A stretch of DNA of 64,000 nt from Methanobacteriota archaeon (GTDB lineage: Archaea > Methanobacteriota > Methanobacteria > Methanobacteriales > Methanobacteriaceae): contig CAWBCJ010000029.1 of the NCBI GenBank assembly GCA_963787255.1, forward strand, positions 736,001-800,000, read 5' to 3'. Below the pieces are notes generated by a model. It did not search any database. It was not told the DNA's origin and was given only the letters and a program-made list of their open reading frames with translations. Positions 11,402-22,167 of the stretch are shown here, one piece after another. A program made the position numbers and the translations under genes. Numbering within the stretch: position 1 is the first letter of the stretch; every line of letters begins with the position of its first letter.

Positions 11402-11806
11402 AATAAAGCTGCAGAACATGCAATATGGATTGCAAGTTTAAGCGGAGCAGAAATCGTAGTTTTAAATGTAATCGAAACATCTTCATTGGTAGGATTGCCT
11501 GCCGAAGACCTTATAGTGCGAATTAAAGAAATGCTTAAGGAAGAAGGGCGTAAATCACTGGAAGAAATTTCTAAATTAGCTGAAGAAAGTAAAACAGAAG
11601 ATGAATGTCAAGAAGAAGTTAAGTTAAATATGGTTACAGAAGAAGGTTCTCCTGCTGATATTATAGTTAAAAAGATAAAAGAAGAGAATATAGATTTGGT
11701 AGTAATGGGAACGTCTGGAAAACATGGGTTAGACAGATTTTTATTGGGTAGCGTCACAGAAAATGTGGTTAGATCAGCCCCATGCCCCGTATTAGTCGTT
11801 CATTAG
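11357..11806 (+). CDS. Universal stress protein (UspA family), tandem paralog
   Basis: [38 protein letters not shown]. Confidence 0.95.
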   Translation: MYKKILLPTDGSEYANKAAEHAIWIASLSGAEIVVLNVIETSSLVGLPAEDLIVRIKEMLKEEGRKSLEEISKLAEESKTEDECQEEVKLNMVTEEGSPADIIVKKIKEENIDLVVMGTSGKHGLDRFLLGSVTENVVRSAPCPVLVVH

Positions 11807-11860
11807 ATATTAAAGATTATTATTTAATTATTTTTTAATTAAAAAATTGTTGGTGTAACC

Positions 11861-12697
11861 ATGCTTATAAAAGAAGTAATGTCAGAGAGTATACACTATA
11901 TACAGGTTCCAGGGAACCGCCAGAACGCTCTGGAATTAATGAGAGAAAAAAATGTATCAGGACTGCCTGTAGTAAAAAATGGAACAAAGAAACTTATTGG
12001 AATAGTTACAAGGTCCGATCTTGTAAATAATCCTGATGAAGAACAACTAGCGCTTATAATGACTAGAAATCTTTTAACAACAACTCCAGACGACGATATC
12101 AAGCACGCTGCAGAGATAATGATAGATAACAACATAAGAAGAGTCCCAGTTGTTCAAAATGATGAACTGGTGGGAATAGTAACTGCATTTGACCTCATAG
12201 AACAAGCATTGTCTAAATTGAACATTGAAGAACCAGTTAAGGATTATACACTTAAAAATATTCCTACAACATGGGAAGGAACCCCGTTAAACGTAGCTTT
12301 TGAGATAATGAGATATTCTGGCTTTAAAGTGCTTCTTGCTTTAAATAAAGATGGTAGATTGTCTGGAATACTCACAGAAACCGATTTTATTAACGAAAGT
12401 GAAATCGTCTCTGAAAGATCAGTTCACAACACATCTGTAGGTACTGAAGGAGATAAATGGTCGTGGGACAGTACAAATGTTCTTTACGTAATAAAAAATC
12501 ATCTTAAATTCTCTGATAAAAACGTGAAAGACGTATCAGCTACAGATCTTGTTTTAGCTACCACTAGAACCACCGTAACAGAATGTGCTAATAAAATGAG
12601 GCATCACAACATAGAGCAGATACCAGTTATAGACGTTGAAGGCGAACTTTCAGGGCTTGTAAGGGCCACTGATTTAATAAAAGCACTTAAGGATTAA
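11861..12697 (+). CDS. CBS domain protein (four CBS repeats)
   Basis: Repeated PVV...L.GIVT..D motifs. Confidence 0.92.
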   Translation: MLIKEVMSESIHYIQVPGNRQNALELMREKNVSGLPVVKNGTKKLIGIVTRSDLVNNPDEEQLALIMTRNLLTTTPDDDIKHAAEIMIDNNIRRVPVVQNDELVGIVTAFDLIEQALSKLNIEEPVKDYTLKNIPTTWEGTPLNVAFEIMRYSGFKVLLALNKDGRLSGILTETDFINESEIVSERSVHNTSVGTEGDKWSWDSTNVLYVIKNHLKFSDKNVKDVSATDLVLATTRTTVTECANKMRHHNIEQIPVIDVEGELSGLVRATDLIKALKD

Positions 12698-12698
12698 G

Positions 12699-13121
12699 AT
12701 GTCGAGTCCATTACTTCTTAAAATAACATCAGAAAAAGGAAATATACGGATTGTTTCTAAAAACGACGGTGAAGTATCCGTAAAAATAATACTCCTTAAA
12801 TTACTCTTTGGATACTGCTGGTGGGCAAATGTTCCTGTTGTAGAAACAATATTCAATGTTCTTGAAGAAACAATCAAAAATACAATGAAAAATGTGTATG
12901 ATTACAATGACATTACCATAGACTACGATTACATGGCAAATGATCTATTAGAAGACGCATCAAAGATTGAAATCTTCATAAACAGTATTACTATAGATGG
13001 AATTGAAATTGAAGTGACTGGAAGGTACATATTCTTTGAAGGTCAAGATAATAGGAGCTTTTGGCAAAAAAAGACAAGTTTTAGAAGAAAAATCCATAAA
13101 AACGTCTTTAAACATCTTTAA
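12699..13121 (+). CDS. Hypothetical protein
   Basis: 140-aa ORF starting 1 nt after the CBS gene; no recognisable motif. Confidence 0.75.
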   Translation: MSSPLLLKITSEKGNIRIVSKNDGEVSVKIILLKLLFGYCWWANVPVVETIFNVLEETIKNTMKNVYDYNDITIDYDYMANDLLEDASKIEIFINSITIDGIEIEVTGRYIFFEGQDNRSFWQKKTSFRRKIHKNVFKHL

Positions 13122-13169
13122 AATATTTTTCTTTTTGCATTATTAAATTCACACGATTATTTAATGTAT

Positions 13170-14225
13170 TCATGCCAATTTTCTTCTTAGTAAGGGTAGA
13201 ACTTCAGTTAAAAGAGCTTCTGCATCTTCTTTATCTATAACACGCCTTGCAACAACTTTTCCATTCCTAAAAACAGTAACATTTCTCCCTCTGGTCTCTA
13301 GCATTGCAATTCCCATTTCCTCTGAACATTTAGGGGATCCTAATTTTTCCAGTTTCGAGCATGTTTTTTTGATATCTATTTCATAGGGAAGCTCTGTTTC
13401 AAACATAATCTTATTCTCTTCATCTTTACATGGCTTGTAAACTACAAGATCCTTTTTTTCTTCACCATACTCCCCTATATCCAGAGTGACTCTTTTAAAG
13501 CCGACAGCTTTAAGTTCTGAGCTAATATGGCGCAAAATGCCCATATTAAGAAGTTTGGCTATATTTCCAACTTCAATTCTTGCAATGTCTGAATAGTCGC
13601 GAACCCTCACTGGACCTTCACCAACGGTATTTTTAATTAAGGATTCGGCATAATTTATTCTGTTTATCTTTTTTGGGGTAATTTCGCTATTTGTAGATAT
13701 TCTGGTTGCAAAACATGTTGTAGATGTTGAATAATCTATATTAAGTGTTTTAAGAGTCTCCCTAACTTCAGCTTCAGTAAAGCCAGCATATACAAGGGGA
13801 CTTACAATGTTTTTTTCATAATTAACCATTATTCCCGGCCTATCTTCCAGTAAATCGCTTATATTGGTACCATCAATAACCATTTCAAATCCTCTCTCCA
13901 TTGCAACATCCTGAAGTTTACTGTACATCTTATTTTTACAGATAAAGCATCTTTGTGGAGGGTTAGATTTAAAAGATTCATCTTTAAGGAAATCTTCTTT
14001 TATAACTTCGTGAGAAATTCCGATTTCTCCTGCAATATGTTTAGCGTTGCTGATACAGTCGGGAGGTAAAACTCCGTTATCAACAGTTACTGCAAGAGCA
14101 TTTTTAGTGGAGTCTTTCGCTATTTTTGCTACAAGTGCGCTGTCAGCACCGCCTGAAAATGCTACTAAAACTTCTTTATCCTTAAGATATTCTTTTACTT
14201 TTCCAATTTTCTGCTGAAGGTCCAT
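13170..14225 (-). CDS. larE: LarE-family PP-loop ATP-dependent sulfur transferase with a C-terminal extension
   Basis: AFSGGADS PP-loop, RCFICK, DGTN..D...DRPG, CFATR, VRVRD; about 90 extra C-terminal residues. Confidence 0.85.
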   Translation of the reverse strand: MDLQQKIGKVKEYLKDKEVLVAFSGGADSALVAKIAKDSTKNALAVTVDNGVLPPDCISNAKHIAGEIGISHEVIKEDFLKDESFKSNPPQRCFICKNKMYSKLQDVAMERGFEMVIDGTNISDLLEDRPGIMVNYEKNIVSPLVYAGFTEAEVRETLKTLNIDYSTSTTCFATRISTNSEITPKKINRINYAESLIKNTVGEGPVRVRDYSDIARIEVGNIAKLLNMGILRHISSELKAVGFKRVTLDIGEYGEEKKDLVVYKPCKDEENKIMFETELPYEIDIKKTCSKLEKLGSPKCSEEMGIAMLETRGRNVTVFRNGKVVARRVIDKEDAEALLTEVLPLLRRKLA

Positions 14226-14342
14226 AAACTCATCCTTTAAGCTTGTTTCAATGATATTTAATTTATAATAAGTCTGTTATTCTATCATATTTAAAAAAAA
14301 AATTTCCCAATGTATCTTCTTAAAGTTCAATACTTCATTTTT

Positions 14343-14990
14343 TTAATCAATTAATTTTTTAATATATTTTATTACATTCTCTGCATCCTGTCTTTTTATA
14401 TCTATGCCCTCTTCAATTAAAAAGTTTTCAATAACTGCTATTTTTGCCGGATGAATTTGAACTGTATTTAAAAGTAGTGTATAGGTTCTTTTTGGATAAA
14501 AAATGGCTTTTGCAGTTTTAATTAAAGTATTAAAATCTTCTTCAGATATCAAACCTTTATCTAATGCTTTTTTGAAGTTATATTCCATACTTACAAGTGA
14601 ATCTGAAAGTTGTTCCATGGTCATTGGATTAATAACCACAGCTACATCGTCATCTGATTCAATAAGTCCGTTTTTATACTGGTTGTAAACATAACCAACA
14701 CCAACCATCCCAAAATCGTCAAGTTCAGATGCTCGAAGCGCACCCATACTAGCGCCACCAACGACAGTTACGCCTTTTTTAAGTGCATCAAGTATTTCAC
14801 GGTGGGAAACAGCAGGTTGCTGATGGAAAACGCCATCTATAATTCCTATTACATCTGGATTTTCATTTAAAACAGCTGAAATATCTCCTCTTTGTATGGG
14901 GGGTCTATAATCTGCATTTAATATTGTAGAGGCCTCTTCATGGCTTAATGAAGGTCCAAGAAATATTATTACATTTTTTTGTCCTTTCAA
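14343..14990 (-). CDS. tfuA: TfuA-family protein (partner of YcaO in thioamidation)
   Basis: IFLGPSL, PPIQRGD, IIDGVF, HREI, GGASMGALRASEL, DDDVAV, KRQDA. Confidence 0.92.
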   Translation of the reverse strand: MKGQKNVIIFLGPSLSHEEASTILNADYRPPIQRGDISAVLNENPDVIGIIDGVFHQQPAVSHREILDALKKGVTVVGGASMGALRASELDDFGMVGVGYVYNQYKNGLIESDDDVAVVINPMTMEQLSDSLVSMEYNFKKALDKGLISEEDFNTLIKTAKAIFYPKRTYTLLLNTVQIHPAKIAVIENFLIEEGIDIKRQDAENVIKYIKKLID

Positions 14991-15108
14991 TTTAATCTCC
15001 AGACTAAGTTTAGATATTATTATAACTCAATTAGGTTAAAAAATTTTCTTAAAATAAAAAATAAGTCAGAGAATTAACAAAAAATAGTTATAAAAACAAT
15101 TCAAGCTA

Positions 15109-15603
15109 CTAATAACCTGTAATCTCATGATGAAGTTTAATTAGCCTTTTGATTGATAGGTGGTTTTCTCCAAGCCAATCTTTCCACTTTTTAATCACAA
15201 AATCAAGCTCCACTTCATCATTCCAGTGAACGAGATTATCGGCGTGAGCAACAATTTTTTCTTCTAAAGTAAGAGGTATATAATCTTTTGGGGGTAAACC
15301 AAGTAATTTAGCCTCTTCTTTTGGAATACCGGCACCTATATGTCTAAGTGCTATTTTAGTTACTTCATCTGAAAAACCAAGCTCTTTCAGCATCCCTGCC
15401 CCGATTATGGCATGGTCTATGCCATTTGTCCGGCATCTACCGATATCATGCAGCATCGCACCTGTTTTTACAAGTTCAATGTCAACAGCGTCAAAATTAG
15501 TGGATAGTTTAACTGCTTTTTTGCAAACAGCTACGCTATGTTCAATTAAATGAAAAGGGCAGTTCAAACTTTTTAAAATTTCAATGGTCAATGAAGCCCT
15601 CAA
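15109..15603 (-). CDS. HD-domain (HDIG) phosphohydrolase
   Basis: [29 protein letters not shown]. Confidence 0.9.
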   Translation of the reverse strand: MRASLTIEILKSLNCPFHLIEHSVAVCKKAVKLSTNFDAVDIELVKTGAMLHDIGRCRTNGIDHAIIGAGMLKELGFSDEVTKIALRHIGAGIPKEEAKLLGLPPKDYIPLTLEEKIVAHADNLVHWNDEVELDFVIKKWKDWLGENHLSIKRLIKLHHEITGY

Positions 15604-15627
15604 TATAGAATTTAAAAATAAAAAAAA

Positions 15628-16176
15628 TTAGTTGTTCATTTGGTCCTTTAATTCATCTTTAATTGATGAATTATCTTGGTATTCGAGAGGACTATCACAT
15701 TCTGGACACATAAAGTTTAGCTCTGAAGCTTCTTCGAAGTTGTATCTGCATCCGTTTAAACAGCTAAAGAACATATTTTCCTCTTCATAGGCTAATGATT
15801 CTTCTATTTCTTTAGAATTTTGTTTATAGTTTTCGGATATTGTTTCTATGACTTTTTCTGTATCAAATTTCCAGCTGTAGGTGTACCACTGGGTTTCAGG
15901 GTCTTTACTTCTTTTGTAACTTGCAATTCCTGCATCGTAGAGCTTATAAAGAATTCTTCTTACGATATTTAATCTTAATTCAATTTTCTCAGAAATTTCC
16001 TCGTCAGTAAGTTTGCCTTCTAAAAGGCAGTTAATAATAGAAATGCTGTTTTCAGTATCCTTGGTTATTCCATGAATAAACTCTTGAACAAGAGGCTCTT
16101 GAAGCATTTCAATTCCTTCTTTGGATATGGAAGATTTAATTAATTCTTGAGTTACAGAACCGTTAACATTAAGCAT
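15628..16176 (-). CDS. tfe: Transcription factor E (TFE alpha)
   Basis: Winged helix TDEEIS...[15 protein letters not shown], Zn ribbon C..GC...FEEA....F.CP.C; AGGAGG RBS. Confidence 0.95.
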   Translation of the reverse strand: MLNVNGSVTQELIKSSISKEGIEMLQEPLVQEFIHGITKDTENSISIINCLLEGKLTDEEISEKIELRLNIVRRILYKLYDAGIASYKRSKDPETQWYTYSWKFDTEKVIETISENYKQNSKEIEESLAYEEENMFFSCLNGCRYNFEEASELNFMCPECDSPLEYQDNSSIKDELKDQMNN

Positions 16177-16455
16177 TTTTTTCCTCCTATTTTTGGACTT
16201 AATTCAATACTCTTCTAAATTATTTAAATAAATGTAATAATGAATTTAATGATAGATCGCTGTCAAATAACCATTATTTAACGTGTGTAGTTGAAAAGCA
16301 CTGATATGAAAGAGTTCAAATTCCAAATTTTTATCAAGTATATCAAAGTGACACATCTTGATGCTACTATGTATTATTGGTTTCCTACTATTTAATTATT
16401 TGTATCGATCAATATTGATCACGGCGAGCAATGATGCTCAAAGCCATAATAATTT

Positions 16456-17295
16456 TTAGAGCTTTCTTATAATAACAGCGGGCGTATGTTCAATGGAACT
16501 TAACATTTCAACCGTCACACCGTCAATTTCACCTTTGAAGATATTTTTCATTTCATAAACAGTTGCCATGCTGTGATCATTTTCCATTTGGTAATCATCG
16601 GCAATTTTAGCGATTTTCATAATAGTATCAATATTACAATTTTTAGAAATCCCTAAGGGAGTAGGACCTTTAATTTTACCAAATCTCCCTAATAAATAAC
16701 CAAAAAATCCAAAATTAGCTTTAATTCCGCTTGCAGCTATGGGAAGGGAGGTAAATAATTTTCCTAAAAATTCATATGTGACGTCAGTATCAATTACTAT
16801 CACAACAACCTCTTTTCCAACATTATTAGATATTTTCCCAGCAATATCAAAGGCAATTACATCAGGTTTATCTGGTAAAAGGGAAACATAGGTTCCTGGA
16901 GCATTACTCAGGTCAATTCCCGCCTCAGAAGCCGGTTTTAAAGCGTGTTTTAAACCATAATATTTTAATACTACTTCCTTATGAGATCTGGCTTCAACAG
17001 GTAAATTTCTTAAGTTTTTAATAGTTCTCTTTTTGATGCCTAAAATAGGCCCCAAAAAATAGCCCCAAATGTATTTTGACCAGATATCTGCAAGAAAAAT
17101 AGAAAGAAGAGAAGGTTTAAATAAGGCCTCATCAACTAGCCTGCCCTGTGAAATGGCTATTGGTGTTTCAGAAATTACAAGAAAGTCCCCATCCTCCAGT
17201 AAATCCTTTGAATTCTCTATTATTATGTCATAGGATTCATTTGGTTTGATGTAACCTGTTTTTATAGGTATTATCTCATATTCTTTATTTTTCAT
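16456..17295 (-). CDS. CofE-like (F420-0:gamma-glutamyl ligase family) protein
   Basis: VISETP, AGID.SN.PG...LLP..P, VIDTD, TPAVII motifs; divergent paralog type. Confidence 0.75.
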   Translation of the reverse strand: MKNKEYEIIPIKTGYIKPNESYDIIIENSKDLLEDGDFLVISETPIAISQGRLVDEALFKPSLLSIFLADIWSKYIWGYFLGPILGIKKRTIKNLRNLPVEARSHKEVVLKYYGLKHALKPASEAGIDLSNAPGTYVSLLPDKPDVIAFDIAGKISNNVGKEVVVIVIDTDVTYEFLGKLFTSLPIAASGIKANFGFFGYLLGRFGKIKGPTPLGISKNCNIDTIMKIAKIADDYQMENDHSMATVYEMKNIFKGEIDGVTVEMLSSIEHTPAVIIRKL

Positions 17296-17415
17296 GTTTA
17301 TACATCTGTTAAATAATTTAAAATGAAATCTAAATAGAAAAACTCTACAGGAATTTTTTATATATTTAAAACTAATTAATTTAATGTATTATTAATTTTC
17401 ATAGGAGATGAAAGA

Positions 17416-18102
17416 ATGAAAAAATCAGATAATTTAACACCGCTTCCTTCTAATGAATATGATTCAAATATAACTAATACAATTCCCTATTACAACCGTT
17501 TTCACGAAGAAACAATTAATCTGATAAAGTCAATGGATATTGGGCCTGAAATATGGTTAGATACTGGCTGTGGAACCGGCACGTTTGTAGAAAAGGCAAT
17601 CCAACAATTTGAAAATACTAATTTTATACTTGCTGATCCGTCAGATGGCATGTTAGATGAAGCATGGAAAAAACTGGCCAAATACGGCCATGAAAGAGCA
17701 AAATTTTTAAAACCGATGCCTAGTTACGACATATCTCTTTCCAGGGAGGTAGATATAATCACTGCAATTTTATCCCACCATTACATGACAAAAGAAGAAA
17801 GAGTTAATGCTACAAAATCGTGCTACGATCTTTTGAAGAAAAATGGAGTTTATGTGGCATTTGAAAATATCAGTCCATTTACTGAAAAAGGGATAGAAAT
17901 AGGTAAAAAATACTGGCAAGACTTCCAGATTTTAAAAGGAAAGAATGAAAAAGAAGTAGAAAACCATATAAACCGTTTTAACACAGGATATTTCCCAATT
18001 AATGTTGAAGAACATCTTGCACTGTTTAGAAAATGTGGTTTTGAAGTAGTTGAACTATTCTGGTACTCCTACATGCAGGCTGGCTTTTACTGTATCAAAT
18101 AA
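17416..18102 (+). CDS. Class I SAM-dependent methyltransferase (CmoA-like)
   Basis: IPYY..FH, WLDTGCGTG, DPSDGML, HHY, LKKNG motifs. Confidence 0.88.
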   Translation: MKKSDNLTPLPSNEYDSNITNTIPYYNRFHEETINLIKSMDIGPEIWLDTGCGTGTFVEKAIQQFENTNFILADPSDGMLDEAWKKLAKYGHERAKFLKPMPSYDISLSREVDIITAILSHHYMTKEERVNATKSCYDLLKKNGVYVAFENISPFTEKGIEIGKKYWQDFQILKGKNEKEVENHINRFNTGYFPINVEEHLALFRKCGFEVVELFWYSYMQAGFYCIK

Positions 18103-18122
18103 AATAAATAAATTTGAAGGAT

Positions 18123-18815
18123 TTATCTTTCCCCTTTGATTGGGGGAGCCCACACTTTAGAATCAATTCCTTCTATAATTGCTCTGTTACCTATAAGCTG
18201 GACAACCACCCCTGAATGAACCTTCTGCATCATGCAGTGGCCTGGAAGAAATCTAACGGTTTCACCAACTGCAGGGAGCTTTCCTTCAATAATTCCCTCA
18301 AATCCACCAACCATGCACACTCCAATATCCTTAAAATCAAATTCAGTTGCTTCATCAAGCCTATGGCAAGGCCCTACGATATGAACAACAATCAATCCAT
18401 GATTTTCTTCAAGTATTTCTGCAAAATGGATAATTGGACATCCAAGAGGTCTGTACCTTATTATATCGCCGAATTTTAGCTCTTCTCTTGTAAATGGAAA
18501 TAATGTTTCTCTACAGGAATGTTCTTCAGGAAGGGAGTTTAAAATAAAATCTGCCTCGTATTTATCTAAAAGTCCAACTATTTTTTCTTCTTCAGGAATT
18601 ATATTCTCTTCTTTTAATAAAGCCTCTAAATTGGCCATATTTTCTTTAAATATTTCTTGAAGCATGAATCTGCACTCTACAAGATTTGTTTTTTTTTCGA
18701 GAACTGCCCTGCCAAATTCATCACATCGGGCATAGCCGCATACGCCACAATTATACCCTGGAAGTAATTTTGAAACTCTTTCTCTTTGATCATAAGTGCT
18801 GGACTTAGCTGCCAT
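18123..18815 (-). CDS. Fe-S-binding protein with Cys/His-rich C-terminal domain
   Basis: [15 protein letters not shown]...EC FeS domain; downstream [19 protein letters not shown]. Confidence 0.82.
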   Translation of the reverse strand: MAAKSSTYDQRERVSKLLPGYNCGVCGYARCDEFGRAVLEKKTNLVECRFMLQEIFKENMANLEALLKEENIIPEEEKIVGLLDKYEADFILNSLPEEHSCRETLFPFTREELKFGDIIRYRPLGCPIIHFAEILEENHGLIVVHIVGPCHRLDEATEFDFKDIGVCMVGGFEGIIEGKLPAVGETVRFLPGHCMMQKVHSGVVVQLIGNRAIIEGIDSKVWAPPIKGER

Positions 18816-18830
18816 TGTTAATTACCTCTA

Positions 18831-19532
18831 TTATTCCCCTTCATATTTTTGGAAACCGTCAATCTGTCTTAATATCCCGCGGTGGTACTTTTTATTTACC
18901 TTTGTTTCACCAACACATAGCGTACAAACAGCAAGGGGAGCAGAATGCCTTAATTTTTCTTCATCAAGTCCAACTTCCTTGGCTTTAATCATTTCTTCAG
19001 CAAGCTCTACACAGCCTTGTCCACTTAATCCATTAGCTTCTATCACTTTACAGTTAGGATTAACTTCTAAAACTCTTTCACGGAATATTTCACGCTCTGC
19101 TTGGGATATCATGTCTCCTTTGGTGATAACTGCCACATCTGCAGTGCTTAGAAAAGGTCCAACCTTTAGTGGTGTATTCGGGCCGCTGGTTGCATCTATC
19201 ACACATACTCCCAGGCTGTTCATGGTGTAAGGCGCACACCTGTGACAGAGCCCTGCTGTTTCCATAATTAAAAAATCAGACTCATTTTCTAAAGCCCAAC
19301 TTATCATATCCTCTATATTATAAATTGCGTAATGATCGGGGCACATGTCCATGGAAAGCCCTACTTTGGTGGGAACGCCAATTTTCTCAAACTTTTTATC
19401 GTCGTCGGTGTATAAACAGTCAACTTTGACTACCGATGATTTTAAATTCCTTTCATTGAGACTTTTAAGTGCGTGTATTAAAACTGCAGTTTTCCCTGAA
19501 CCTGGGGTTCCAGCAACTATTATCATTTTCAT
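18831..19532 (-). CDS. UreG/HypB/CobW-like SIMIBI GTPase
   Basis: [27 protein letters not shown]...PLK.GP, TKGD, C-terminal CTLC. Confidence 0.85.
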   Translation of the reverse strand: MKMIIVAGTPGSGKTAVLIHALKSLNERNLKSSVVKVDCLYTDDDKKFEKIGVPTKVGLSMDMCPDHYAIYNIEDMISWALENESDFLIMETAGLCHRCAPYTMNSLGVCVIDATSGPNTPLKVGPFLSTADVAVITKGDMISQAEREIFRERVLEVNPNCKVIEANGLSGQGCVELAEEMIKAKEVGLDEEKLRHSAPLAVCTLCVGETKVNKKYHRGILRQIDGFQKYEGE

Positions 19533-19669
19533 GCAATCAACTCACGGTTTTTAATTAAATTTCAAGCTCAATTTCCTTAATAAATCTTAAATCAATCATT
19601 TTACAAATGAAATTGAATTATAGGTTATTATGTGTTTAAAAATAAATAAATTTATGTAGAAAAACCAGA

Positions 19670-20440
19670 TTAAATCTCAATATTTTCTACGTCCTCTAAA
19701 ACTTCCCCATTCCTTACTCTATCCCTTAAATTGAGCATTAACTCATCAATTTTGTTTAATTTTCTTGACATGAGTTTTTCTTTTTCGCTGGTGATTAAGA
19801 CATTTCGCATGCCTCCATTTTTCATGACAATTCTTTTATCGGTCATAAGGGCGAGTACGGGGTCATGTGTTACAACCATTACTATTTTCCCATGCCCTGC
19901 AAGCGCTTTTAGAGCATCATGCTTTCTTATACCTGCGTTTTCGATTTCATCAATAAGAACAATTGGAGAATTACTTATAATTGCCACGTCAGCTACCATT
20001 AGCGCTCTGGACTGTCCGCCGCTTAATATTGTGAGGTCGTGATCTTTTTTTATTGGCTCGCCGGTTAGAGTGTTTGCAAGGTCAACTACGGCATTAACAC
20101 ATTTGTTGCTTGCACCGCGGCATTTTGCATGGAGATTTAAAAAATCCCCCACGCTCATATCTGCTAAAAAATTCATGTTTTGAGAAAGCTGCGCAACCAT
20201 TTTCTTTCTGGGATTAGTCCGGTCATCGTAACTTGGTTCTTTGCCGTCTACAAGGATTTTTCTCCTTGAAAAGGTGTCTTCCTGTGCGAGTTGTTCAATA
20301 TCCGCTATAAGTGAGCTTTTACCACTTCCTGTAGGACCTACAACTCCGAAAATTTCTCCTTTTTTGACTATAACTTTCTCAACAGGTTCTTTGTCCCCTT
20401 GTTTGTCGTAACCGCCGAGAATGGTTATTTCTTCTATCAT
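19670..20440 (-). CDS. Stand-alone ABC-type ATPase
   Basis: [22 protein letters not shown]; no TM segments and no adjacent permease. Confidence 0.88.
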   Translation of the reverse strand: MIEEITILGGYDKQGDKEPVEKVIVKKGEIFGVVGPTGSGKSSLIADIEQLAQEDTFSRRKILVDGKEPSYDDRTNPRKKMVAQLSQNMNFLADMSVGDFLNLHAKCRGASNKCVNAVVDLANTLTGEPIKKDHDLTILSGGQSRALMVADVAIISNSPIVLIDEIENAGIRKHDALKALAGHGKIVMVVTHDPVLALMTDKRIVMKNGGMRNVLITSEKEKLMSRKLNKIDELMLNLRDRVRNGEVLEDVENIEI

Positions 20441-21213
20441 TAAAGGTCCACCTTTCCTAAAGTGTCTCCCCTAAGCCCTCGTCTCATTGTTTCAAGGGCA
20501 GTTACCTCTTCTGGAGCTATATTACCCAAATTAACATTTGCTCCAAATTTTAAAATTAAATACATCTGCTGATTTTTGAGAGGTGCTTCCCAAATCAGTT
20601 TTTTCCCATCTATTTTTGCGAGCGCTTCAAGTTCATCTTCTTTGACGTTTCCAGCACCATCATAAATACCAATATCTTTTCCGCCTTCGCGTGCTTCAAT
20701 TAGCACTCTGTCCGCTCCAGCATCTATGTCCAAATTAATCAGATCTACACGATCTTCTATATCCAGTTTACCATCTTCAAATGGATCTTTTTTTCCAACT
20801 TCTGAAATAACTAAAAATCCCTGTTCTTTTGCTTTGGAAATGGAAGCTATTCTATCTTCAGGAGATATATTTATAGAGCCATCTGATATTTCAACAGCTT
20901 TAAATCCTAATTTATCAGCTTCATTTAAGAATTCATCGAATTTATTTTTTAAATATGCAAGTTCAAAAAGTGTTCCGCCAGGATATGGGATCACATCATA
21001 GGACAAATACATTTCTGTTTTGTTTTTTATAAGATCTCTGTCATGAAGTGCGGAAGTACCCCATCCAAATTTAGCAAGATCAATAAATTCACCAGATACT
21101 TCCATTAAGTCGTTCACGGCATTTAAACCCATTCCTTTATCTAACATCATTGTTATTCCATTTTTACGAGGTTTAGAAATTCTATCTGGTGCAATAAAGT
21201 TAAATGCTTTCAT
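20440..21213 (-). CDS. comA: Phosphosulfolactate synthase (coenzyme M biosynthesis)
   Basis: [54 protein letters not shown]. Confidence 0.96.
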   Translation of the reverse strand: MKAFNFIAPDRISKPRKNGITMMLDKGMGLNAVNDLMEVSGEFIDLAKFGWGTSALHDRDLIKNKTEMYLSYDVIPYPGGTLFELAYLKNKFDEFLNEADKLGFKAVEISDGSINISPEDRIASISKAKEQGFLVISEVGKKDPFEDGKLDIEDRVDLINLDIDAGADRVLIEAREGGKDIGIYDGAGNVKEDELEALAKIDGKKLIWEAPLKNQQMYLILKFGANVNLGNIAPEEVTALETMRRGLRGDTLGKVDL

Positions 21214-21304
21214 CTGGCCACCTTTTTATAAATCAATGTTTTAAAATAAATTTAATTTCATGCTTAAACTTGCATATAGTCTTTAATTTATTGTTTTGCC
21301 ATTT

Positions 21305-21322
21305 ATATAAAATTTGTTATAT
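21305..21322. promoter_or_regulatory. Imperfect palindrome ATATAAAATTTGTTATAT overlapping a TATA-like element; candidate operator
   Basis: 16/18 match to the perfect palindrome at 63153-63170. Confidence 0.3.
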
Positions 21323-21383
21323 ATCTTAGAATATATATTAAAACGGATAATTAAATCCACCTAAAAATTTATCTGGTGATTAA

Positions 21384-21947
21384 ATGGAAAAAACCATTAG
21401 CTATTTTGAAAATAAAGGCGCAGAAAATACGGATAAAGTTATAGAGCTTGTAAAGAAAAGAAGAGAAGAATTAGGTGTAAAAACCATATTGGTTGCATCT
21501 GTATCTGGAAAAACTGCTTTAAAATTGCGTGAAGCAATGGAAGATGTTAACCTAGTTAGTATAACTCACCATGCAGGGTTTAAAGAGAAAGGAAAGCTTG
21601 AAATAGTTCCAGAATACGTACAAAAACTTAATGATAATGATATAACGTTATATGCAGGATCTCATGCACTTAGCGGTGTAGGTAGAGGAATTTCCAATAA
21701 ATTTGGAGGAGTAACACCTGTTGAAATAATAGCTGCAACTCTCCGTCTATTTGGTCAGGGAGTTAAAGTTTGTGTCGAGATATCTATCATGGCGGCAGAT
21801 GCGGGGTTAATTCCAGTAGATGAAGAAATAATTGCTGTTGGGGGAACCGCGTGGGGTGCAGACGCTGCAGTGGTCTTAAAAGCGGCTAATATGAATAATT
21901 TCTTTGACCTTCAAATTAAAGAAATTATTGCAATGCCTCGGCAATAA
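21384..21947 (+). CDS. Pyruvate-kinase alpha/beta-domain-like conserved protein
   Basis: [44 protein letters not shown]. Confidence 0.85.
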   Translation: MEKTISYFENKGAENTDKVIELVKKRREELGVKTILVASVSGKTALKLREAMEDVNLVSITHHAGFKEKGKLEIVPEYVQKLNDNDITLYAGSHALSGVGRGISNKFGGVTPVEIIAATLRLFGQGVKVCVEISIMAADAGLIPVDEEIIAVGGTAWGADAAVVLKAANMNNFFDLQIKEIIAMPRQ

Positions 21948-22167
21948 AGTCAAAAAATTCATTATGACCTAAATGGGCAATATAATCAAAGACTATTAAT
22001 GCAACACAAACTAAAGCAAGATCAAACAAAATTTTGTTGAGATATCATGATAAAACCAAAAAATTGTTTGCAAGATTGCGAATTATCACTAAAATAATCG
22101 CTGGTTTTAAATATAAGTTAATACAATACCACAAATAAATTTAACAACATTGGCTGTGGGGGTAGTA

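Noticed and set aside
16400-16445. GATCAATATTGATC palindrome and GAGCA-N4-TGCTC hairpin upstream of tfe
   Set aside because: Single occurrences; cannot be distinguished from a terminator of the upstream gene or from chance.
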